A DNA stretch of 24,183 nt, from IMG/VR virus record IMGVR_UViG_3300020414_001611, positions 1-24,183 of that record. One strand, given 5' to 3'. The DNA comes from a virus (Duplodnaviria; Caudoviricetes). The notes under the pieces are model-generated. The model saw only the letters and a program-made list of their open reading frames with translations. It was not told the DNA's origin and searched no databases. Position numbers and translations under genes: made by a program. Shown piece after piece: positions 7,631 to 14,521 of this stretch. How positions within the stretch are numbered: position 1 is the stretch's first letter; the number at the start of each line of letters is the position of its first letter.

Positions 7631-7846
7631 TCAGTCTGTAGGGTTTTTGAATTGTTGTGCTAAGAGTATACGAAAGAGATCATTCTTAGTTTCTTGAAGT
7701 GCAACCTGCTCCCTAGGATCACCACCAGACCATTTATCTAAATGAAAACAGACGGACTTGTATATCAATATGAGTCCGTCTTTTGTCATATCCATACTAA
7801 TCCAATCTTCCTCTGGGAAGCTTCTATCTCTATCAGGGACTTCCAT
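7631..7846 (-). CDS. Conserved small hypothetical protein (about 71 aa)
   Basis: C-terminal part of ORF 7631..8062 (SVCFHLDKWSGGDP.EQ); ATG 7846 overlaps the gp53 end; alternative start at 7795. Confidence 0.7.
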   Translation of the reverse strand: MEVPDRDRSFPEEDWISMDMTKDGLILIYKSVCFHLDKWSGGDPREQVALQETKNDLFRILLAQQFKNPTD

Positions 7847-8843
7847 AACCGCCACCGCCACCACTCGATCCACTGGATCCCGAAGATCCGCTAGATCCCG
7901 AAGATCCTGAAGACCCTGAAGATCCGCTTGATCCAGACGAACTACTGCTGGATCCGCTGCTGCTACTGCTGCTACTAGACCCACTGCTACTGCTACTACC
8001 ACTACTACTGCTACTACTGCTGCTAGTGCTTCCATAGGTGGTTGTAGTTGAGGTTGTGCCACTACTTGTAGTTGTAGTTGTAATAGTGTCAGAAACTGCT
8101 GCTACTGCAGTGCCTGCAACTCCACCAATACCCTGACTTGTAAGGATATTGTATGTAATGATGCCACCAGTGCCAGAAGTATTTTTCTTGTAAAAAGATC
8201 CACGAAGATATCGTGCTTCTGGACTAAGGGGTGTATGCTTATTACCCTCGTTATCCAACTCAGGGTTTGGATTGTATGCAACTTTTTCTTTGAATTCTTG
8301 TGTGAAGAATTCAACCAATCTACCGATAGGCACACCAATCAAACGTTTCTTTTCGTTTTGATAAGTATAGTGCTCATTATATGTGACTGGATAAACAGAA
8401 CTAGTTTTTCCCATTTCAGTCCCATCTGGTAGGACTGCTCTAAAGGTATCATTGACCTCTATACCTGGACGAATATAAATTTCGTCATTATATTTGATTT
8501 CTTTAGTTTCCCAATGATGCACACCATCAGGATTTCCAGTTAGATCTAAAATTTCTTTCTGTAGAGTGTTGTAGTCCTTCGGCCAATCTTCGTAGGGATC
8601 AATTATGTCATTAGCAAGGAGAATAATCCACTCTAATTCAGGATCTCCATAAAACTTTTGTGCGACTGCATCAGGTCTCATTCCTTCAGGAATATAAAAT
8701 GCCTCAAAAAGAGATGAATACTTTTCAAGATCTTCATTGACGATAACACGTCTAAAGATATTTTTTACTAGTTGGAAAGAAAGAACTTCATCTTTATCTT
8801 GACCAACGTATATATCTGGTAAGTGACTAAAATATGATGCCAT
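7833..8843 (-). CDS. gp53: Baseplate wedge protein gp53 with a Ser/Gly/Thr-rich tail
   Basis: YFS.LP, KNIFRR, RPD.VA.KFYGDP.L.WIILLAN.I.DPY.DWP, HHWET, NEKKRLI motifs. Confidence 0.92.
   Translation of the reverse strand: MASYFSHLPDIYVGQDKDEVLSFQLVKNIFRRVIVNEDLEKYSSLFEAFYIPEGMRPDAVAQKFYGDPELEWIILLANDIIDPYEDWPKDYNTLQKEILDLTGNPDGVHHWETKEIKYNDEIYIRPGIEVNDTFRAVLPDGTEMGKTSSVYPVTYNEHYTYQNEKKRLIGVPIGRLVEFFTQEFKEKVAYNPNPELDNEGNKHTPLSPEARYLRGSFYKKNTSGTGGIITYNILTSQGIGGVAGTAVAAVSDTITTTTTSSGTTSTTTTYGSTSSSSSSSSGSSSSSGSSSSSSSSGSSSSSSGSSGSSGSSGSSGSSGSSGSSGSSGGGGGYGSP
7850..8082 (-). repeat. Low-complexity coding repeats: 9-bp GSS units, then poly-Ser and poly-Thr triplets
   Basis: + strand shows about 9 degenerate 9-mers (e.g. 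cccgaagat) at 7861-7940, followed by ctg/cta and gta/gtt triplet runs. Confidence 0.85.
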
Positions 8844-9880
8844 CAGTAACCTGCCTGTGCGTCCGATTGAGTGAGAATTCTTGTTTCTGCAAATGACATG
8901 CTAATTTCAACTGCGGGGACTAAAAGTTGCTTAGCACCTGTGTCATTATCAAGTCCCAAATTAGCAATAGCGTCTTTGAATGACACATACTGCCCATCAG
9001 GCGTATAATTAACGTTTACCGATGTGCATACACAAGGTTGGAATCTATAATGAGGTAATTTGGAGATTGTATCACTTTCAGGATCTAGTCTTACAAACTC
9101 TAGAAGATATCTATCAGGGATCTGTAAGAATCTTCCAACTTTATTTGCGACGAAACTACTTCCTTGTGAAGTGCTTCCGTTTTGACCATCAGTTGAGCTT
9201 CCACCAGTGGTAGAATCATTATCATTATCGTCTGCATTACCAAGGATAGGAAGAAGACCTGTTTTCATGTATTTGATAATATTCATGATCTCTTCTGCTT
9301 CACTTCTATTTCTAGCAAACATCTTTATGTTGAATTGATGATTCCTAAACTGCACACCATTAAAGATCTGCTCAGTGAAGGGATTCATAATTCTTCCCTT
9401 TGTCAACTGCTGCAATGCTCCACCAGTGACTCCAGTTTCCAAACCAGCCATCGATCCAAGGTTTTGAGCGATAGATGCACCTTTATTAAATGCAATCTCA
9501 GGGAATGCTGAAGATGCACCTGCTTCCAAGTCTGCAGCAATCTTGTCTGCCATGTTTGGACCACCTTTCATTGCATTTCCTGCTAATTGAGCAGCAAATA
9601 CACCCAACTGACCCATATTGACTTGAGCATAGTCAGCAGAGTATGATGTAACAACAGATTGTGGCATAGCCATGTATACCATCTGTTTATTCAGATTTAC
9701 AGAGGTTTTATTGCCAGGCAGGTTAGATCCTCCATATCCAGAATCGGGAGAGTCGAAGTTAATACGACACCTCTGTATTCTTAAATAGTCAATTCTTCCC
9801 GTTGGACCTGTTTCGCCATCTAGGCGAGTGCCACTTACGGGTGCCCTACTTGGATAGACCAGAATCTTGTTAGAAGCCAC
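8843..9880 (-). CDS. gp48: Baseplate tail tube cap gp48
   Basis: NPFTEQIFNGVQFRNHQF..KMFARN..EA, P...LEF, CVCTSVNVNYTPDG, SFAET..LT motifs; GTG start. Confidence 0.9.
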   Translation of the reverse strand: MASNKILVYPSRAPVSGTRLDGETGPTGRIDYLRIQRCRINFDSPDSGYGGSNLPGNKTSVNLNKQMVYMAMPQSVVTSYSADYAQVNMGQLGVFAAQLAGNAMKGGPNMADKIAADLEAGASSAFPEIAFNKGASIAQNLGSMAGLETGVTGGALQQLTKGRIMNPFTEQIFNGVQFRNHQFNIKMFARNRSEAEEIMNIIKYMKTGLLPILGNADDNDNDSTTGGSSTDGQNGSTSQGSSFVANKVGRFLQIPDRYLLEFVRLDPESDTISKLPHYRFQPCVCTSVNVNYTPDGQYVSFKDAIANLGLDNDTGAKQLLVPAVEISMSFAETRILTQSDAQAGY

Positions 9881-9917
9881 CTAAATAGAATTATCCGTAC
9901 TATACTATGTATTTATG
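9881..9917. promoter_or_regulatory. Face-to-face late promoters for gp4 (+) and gp48 (-)
   Basis: CTAAATA 9881-9887 on +; CATAAATA on - (tatttatg 9910-9917). Confidence 0.6.
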
Positions 9918-10334
9918 AGGTATCAGGGACGCTATACTCCATCATTCCCTCGGAAGTATAAAGGCGACCCTCGTAACATCATTTATCGCTCTTCTTGGGA
10001 GTATAAATTCATGAAATGGTGTGACATCACACCAAGTGTTACTGAATGGGGCAGTGAAGAAATCATAATTCCATATACATCACCTGTTGATGGGAAAAGA
10101 CATAGATATTTTCCTGATTTTTATGTAAAGATTGAAAATAGGAAGTATCTAGTGGAAGTCAAACCTTTGAGACAGACCAAAGAACCCAAAACGCAAAAAC
10201 GGGTTACTAAAAAGTATATTAATGAAGTTGTTACTTATGCAGTGAATCAAGCAAAATGGAAAGCAGCAGAAGAATTCTGTAAAGACCATAATTGGCAGTT
10301 TATGTTAATCACTGAAAAAGAATTAAAGGTATAA
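9915..10334 (+). CDS. gp4: Head completion nuclease gp4
   Basis: KYKGDP.NIIYRSSWE, WGSEE..IPY, HRYFPDF, EVKP..QT, NQAKW.AA, ITEKEL motifs. Confidence 0.93.
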   Translation: MRYQGRYTPSFPRKYKGDPRNIIYRSSWEYKFMKWCDITPSVTEWGSEEIIIPYTSPVDGKRHRYFPDFYVKIENRKYLVEVKPLRQTKEPKTQKRVTKKYINEVVTYAVNQAKWKAAEEFCKDHNWQFMLITEKELKV

Positions 10335-10337
10335 TCA

Positions 10338-11105
10338 ATGGCAAACTTAGGAAGAGCTGCTAAAAATGCTCCTAGGAATTCACTAACTCAATTCCAGGCA
10401 TTCTTTAAGGATAATAGTAATGGTCCTGCAACCCAAAACAGGTATAGCATACTATTCTCACCTCCTGCAATACTGACATCGAGTTTTACTACTACTGATG
10501 CCTATAATATTGGATCAACCTCCAATAACAATTTTCAGTATCTTAACTATTATGCAAATAGTGTAGATCTTCCTAGTAAGCAAGTCACAACTGGACAGAT
10601 TACATCTGTAGGATCTACATACAACTATGCAACATCTTCAACATTCAGTCAGATTAATATCAACTTTTTGATGCCAAGAAATCATAAGACTAGAATGATT
10701 TTTGAAAGATGGATTCAACTTATGTCTAGCGACTCTAATCAATACACCGATTATTATGATGATTATGTTTGTAGATCTTTGAAGATTTACAAGTTTGAAA
10801 GAGGTGGGGGAAAAATTATTCCTGTAGATGCAACTACAAAGGAAGAGCAAGCAGCACTCAGGCAAATCAAAAAAGCGGATCGGTATAAGTATGATCAATT
10901 GGTAGGTATTTACGACATTCAAAACGTATTTCCAATTAACATTGGATCTATGACTCTAAATCAACAACAGAGCGGTCTTCTTGAAATGCCTATTACGTTT
11001 AGATATGAGAGATACCGATTCAATGGTGATGGTAAAATTGATGACCAAGGTAAGGAATATGACATCCGTGGTGAATTTGACTTTGGCGAAAACTTGATCG
11101 TATGA
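10338..11105 (+). CDS. Tail-tube-fold protein, probable baseplate-tail tube initiator (gp54-like)
   Basis: NRY.I.F, SVDLPSK, FERW, NVFPINIGSMTL, ITFRYE motifs of the gp19/gp54 fold; position between gp4 and gp26. Confidence 0.65.
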   Translation: MANLGRAAKNAPRNSLTQFQAFFKDNSNGPATQNRYSILFSPPAILTSSFTTTDAYNIGSTSNNNFQYLNYYANSVDLPSKQVTTGQITSVGSTYNYATSSTFSQININFLMPRNHKTRMIFERWIQLMSSDSNQYTDYYDDYVCRSLKIYKFERGGGKIIPVDATTKEEQAALRQIKKADRYKYDQLVGIYDIQNVFPINIGSMTLNQQQSGLLEMPITFRYERYRFNGDGKIDDQGKEYDIRGEFDFGENLIV

Positions 11106-11112
11106 TATACTG

Positions 11113-11119
11113 ATAAATA
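11113..11119 (+). promoter_or_regulatory. Late promoter upstream of gp26
   Basis: ATAAATA (gATAAATA) 21 nt before the ATG. Confidence 0.65.
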
Positions 11120-11140
11120 AAAATACTGAATTGATTTACT

Positions 11141-11848
11141 ATGGCATTACCTAAATTAAATGTCCCCTCGTATACTATTAAGTTACCATCTACAGGTGAT
11201 AAAATTAAATACAGACCTTTTCTAGTCAAAGAAGAGAAACTTCTGTATCTTGCTATGGAAAGCGGCGATCAAGATGATATGATCGAAGCAGTCACTAAAA
11301 TCATGAGAGACTGCACCAATATCAGTGATGTAAGAAAACTGGCAACTTTTGATATTGAATATCTATTTTTGAAGATTCGCACCAGATCTGTAGGTGAAAA
11401 CGTTGATGTTGTCATTACTTGTCCTGATGACGAAGAAACCGAAGTTTCTGTTTCCATTCCCCTGGATGAGATTGAAGTTATTGAGGATCCTAAGCACAAA
11501 ACTGAGATTCAACTTAATGATGATGTGATCATTACCATGAAGTATCCTAGTTTGGAAATGTTTGTCCAGACTAACTTCTCTGATGGTAATGACCTAGATG
11601 AAGTCTTTAAGATTGCATCTAACTGTGCTGAAACCATTCAAGACAGAGAGACAGTGCATCATTGTGCAGATCTGCCAAAAGCAGAAATTGTTGAATTCTT
11701 TGAAAGTATGAATTCTGCACAGTTTAAGAAAGTGCAAGAGTTTTTTGAAACTATGCCTAAACTTTCTCATACTCTTGAAGTCGAAAATCCCAACACTGGT
11801 GTTAAGAGTGAAGTGGTTCTTGAGGGATTAGCGAGTTTTTTCGCGTAG
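11141..11848 (+). CDS. gp26: Baseplate hub subunit / assembly chaperone gp26
   Basis: MALPKL..P.Y...LPSTG..IKYRPFLVKEEK, FDIEYLFLKIR..SVGE, FFETMPKL, LEGLASFF motifs. Confidence 0.93.
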   Translation: MALPKLNVPSYTIKLPSTGDKIKYRPFLVKEEKLLYLAMESGDQDDMIEAVTKIMRDCTNISDVRKLATFDIEYLFLKIRTRSVGENVDVVITCPDDEETEVSVSIPLDEIEVIEDPKHKTEIQLNDDVIITMKYPSLEMFVQTNFSDGNDLDEVFKIASNCAETIQDRETVHHCADLPKAEIVEFFESMNSAQFKKVQEFFETMPKLSHTLEVENPNTGVKSEVVLEGLASFFA

Positions 11849-11886
11849 CCCTCTTACATAATAATCTAATCAATTATTATGAGGGC
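11836..11886 (+). promoter_or_regulatory. Putative -1 programmed ribosomal frameshift signal
   Basis: In-frame slippery heptamer T TTT TTC 11836-11842, 5-nt spacer, stem-loop 11848-11886. Confidence 0.7.
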
Positions 11887-12033
11887 AATTTTGCTCTAAT
11901 GCACCACCATAAATGGAATATCGAATACATTGATAATCTCATGCCTTGGGAAAAAGAGATCTATCTCGATATGTTGGTATCCTTCTTGAAAGAAGAAGAG
12001 AAACGCTATAAGGAGCAACAATTAAGTGGCTAA
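11842..12033 (+). CDS. gp51: Baseplate hub assembly catalyst gp51-like ORF in the -1 frame of gp26 (absent from the ORF track)
   Basis: Manual translation RVALLHNNLINYYEGNFALMHHHKWNIEYIDNLMPWEKEIYLDMLVSFLKEEEKRYKEQQLSG*; NYY..NFALM.HHK and MPWE.EIY are gp51-type motifs; first ATG only at 11899. Confidence 0.85.
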   Translation, partial: RVALLHNNLINYYEGNFALMHHHKWNIEYIDNLMPWEKEIYLDMLVSFLKEEEKRYKEQQLSG

Positions 12034-14521
12034 AATTGCAGCATATAAGTTTATTAATCCTGGGAGTGTTAGTAACGCTACACCCGAGGTTAAGGCTCAT
12101 AGAAAGCAATTATTAGCCACTAATAGAATTGGTGTATCTCTCAATGGTATTTCTAATATCCTTGGTGAGATGGAGAAGAATAGTGCCTTACTTATGAAGG
12201 CACAAAAGCAGCAAGCAGTTAATAAGAAACGAAAAGAGCAAAGAGAAAGAGATAGATTAGCAGAGCAAAGACAGGAAAGCGCAAATTCAAAACTTGATAC
12301 TCAACCAAAAGAAGAGATTGAAGTTGAGCCAAAGCAGAAGAATGGTTTTTTAGAATCTCTTGGTAAATTCTTTGAGCCATTTGCAAAGTTATTTGCTGAT
12401 ATTGTCGGACTTACAGTTTTAAAGGGAGTTCTTGATTGGGTCAAGGATCCTGAGAATAGAGAGAAGTTAAAAAGATTTATTGAAAACATGACCACTGTTT
12501 TTAAAGCAGTGCAGTGGTTTGCTACAGGCACAATTACTAATGTCTTAGAGGGATTCTCAAAACTTACAGATCCAAATGCAGATTTTTGGACTAAAGTAAA
12601 GGGATTTGGTCAACTTTTACTTGGATTGATTGGACTAAGATATTTACTCAATCCATTCAAAATTATTGAAGACATCAGCAGGTTGTTGGAGCTTGCTGGA
12701 AAAGATAGAAGGAAAAGAGGAGGGGGAGGCGGTCCTGATACGCCAGATGGTCGTCGTCGAGGCAGTAGAGTAGGTAGAGATGGTAGAACTTCTCGCCAAA
12801 GAGCGAGAGATATAAAAAAACTTCGCAATCAAAAACTAAAGGGTAAGAAGGGTATTCCTTGTCTTCCTGGCACAGAGTTTCTTCCAGATGGAAAGAAACC
12901 CATGTCTCCATTTCAGGTGGAGCAGGCACAAAAACGAGCTACAGCAGCTTTAACTGATACCGCTGTTGATCTGGGTGAAAACGTCGCTAGTGCAACTCCA
13001 GCAAAAAAGGGAAACGCTGCTACTAGATTTCTTGATAGTATTGGATCTGGTATTAACAAGGGATTTAATGCATTAGCTTCTGCAGCAAAAAGCACATGGG
13101 GACTGACATCTAAGTGGGCACAAGAGGCATATGCTGGTCTTAGTGAAGCTGCTAGAAAGAGATTTGAGCAAGCAGTAACTCTTGGCAAAAAACTAAAAAA
13201 CAAGTCTCTTGCTGTTGCTTCATCTATTGGTAATAAAGTAGGAAACGCAAAGGATTTTGTCCAAGGTGGACTTAGTAAACTCGGTGATAATATCAAGAAG
13301 ATTGCGATGGAGAAAGTCTTTGCTCCAATTGCAGAGTTCTTCAAACCACTGACAACCAAGTTGCAGCAGATTGGAAGTGCTGTACAAGATAAACTGTTTG
13401 GCACTCCACTTGGAAAGAAAGCGGGTGAAGCACTAAAGAAAAAAGGTTTATTCCCACCTCTGGATAATATTGGTCCATTAGCGAAAAAACTAGGTGGTAA
13501 AGCATTACCTATTATTGGTGGTGCTATCAATATGCTGTTTGCATATGATCGCTTCCAAGGTCAAGATCCTTTCGGTGGATTGTTAGAAGCATTATCTGCA
13601 GGATTTGACTTATCTGGTCTTGCTGGTTTTGCTGCTGGTCCTGGTATTTCACTGGGTATTGACGCTTATATGTTTGCTAGAGATCTGATTCCTGGTATCA
13701 TGGAGTTTGAAGAAGGTATCATCAACGCTATCCCTGGTGCTAAGTTTGTTGGTGATAAGATGAAGGAGATTGGCAGTAAGTTGCCACCTTTGGGTGAACT
13801 CATCCCCCTCTTTGGCGGCACTCCATCTCCAGAAGAGCAGATAACAGAGTTACCTCAGAAGTCTGAGGGTGGACCTGTTAATCTTCCATTTAGGATTATT
13901 GAGCGCAAGAAAAAATATGCGAAGTGGATGAAGGAGATTGAAGTTGCAAAAGAGTTTGGTATAGTCAACGGTCGTCCAATATCTGCCGACTTAATTAAAG
14001 AGCGTGAGATTGCAATGCGTGCTTACGCTAAGACTACGGATATGATGATTCGTGTGATTGCAAAGAAAGAAGCAGCAAAAGAAAAACCAAAACCACAACC
14101 AAAAGCACAACTTGCTGGACTACCTGCTGATTATAAGCAGACAGAGTTGGAGGCTTTCAAAAAAGCAGCAGAGCATGATGCAAAAACAAAACCTCAACTG
14201 GATCTACCAAATCTTGCTACGGTAGTTGAGCCAAAACTTGAGATCAAAACTAAAGAAGAGAAAAAAGATTTAAAAACAAAAGCACCAGAGCAATCTGAAA
14301 TCAGAAAACTTCTTGGTGAGTTTCAAGGTTTATTCAAGTCAAATACTAAAAAGTTTGATACGAAGTATTCGCAGTCATATGCACTATCAATGAAAGATGC
14401 GGATACAGTCCCTGTTGCTGTGACTATTCCTCAGATTACACCATTGTCTGTCCCTGTCCCGATAAATACTGGTACTGAAACTATAGTGACTAAGAAATCA
14501 CCACTGCTTGAAGGATCCTAA
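12026..14521 (+). CDS. Large virion structural protein, hub/tape-measure-like (831 aa)
   Basis: GTG start with SD AAGGAG; long amphipathic Ala/Gly/Lys-rich helical segments; position after gp26/gp51. Confidence 0.7.
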   Translation: MAKIAAYKFINPGSVSNATPEVKAHRKQLLATNRIGVSLNGISNILGEMEKNSALLMKAQKQQAVNKKRKEQRERDRLAEQRQESANSKLDTQPKEEIEVEPKQKNGFLESLGKFFEPFAKLFADIVGLTVLKGVLDWVKDPENREKLKRFIENMTTVFKAVQWFATGTITNVLEGFSKLTDPNADFWTKVKGFGQLLLGLIGLRYLLNPFKIIEDISRLLELAGKDRRKRGGGGGPDTPDGRRRGSRVGRDGRTSRQRARDIKKLRNQKLKGKKGIPCLPGTEFLPDGKKPMSPFQVEQAQKRATAALTDTAVDLGENVASATPAKKGNAATRFLDSIGSGINKGFNALASAAKSTWGLTSKWAQEAYAGLSEAARKRFEQAVTLGKKLKNKSLAVASSIGNKVGNAKDFVQGGLSKLGDNIKKIAMEKVFAPIAEFFKPLTTKLQQIGSAVQDKLFGTPLGKKAGEALKKKGLFPPLDNIGPLAKKLGGKALPIIGGAINMLFAYDRFQGQDPFGGLLEALSAGFDLSGLAGFAAGPGISLGIDAYMFARDLIPGIMEFEEGIINAIPGAKFVGDKMKEIGSKLPPLGELIPLFGGTPSPEEQITELPQKSEGGPVNLPFRIIERKKKYAKWMKEIEVAKEFGIVNGRPISADLIKEREIAMRAYAKTTDMMIRVIAKKEAAKEKPKPQPKAQLAGLPADYKQTELEAFKKAAEHDAKTKPQLDLPNLATVVEPKLEIKTKEEKKDLKTKAPEQSEIRKLLGEFQGLFKSNTKKFDTKYSQSYALSMKDADTVPVAVTIPQITPLSVPVPINTGTETIVTKKSPLLEGS
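14462..14468 (+). promoter_or_regulatory. Probable internal late promoter for the 14521 gene
   Basis: gATAAATA about 52 nt upstream of the next ATG. Confidence 0.45.

Noticed and set aside
7847-8062. N-terminal 72 aa of ORF 7631..8062 (Val/Ala-rich)
   Set aside because: Alternative-frame read of the gp53 Ser/Gly repeat; the real gene most likely starts at 7846 or 7795.
12913-13530. 205-aa antisense ORF, and the other minus-strand shadow ORFs over the large genes
   Set aside because: Fully antisense to well-supported genes, with no motifs or clear start signals; expected from codon bias.
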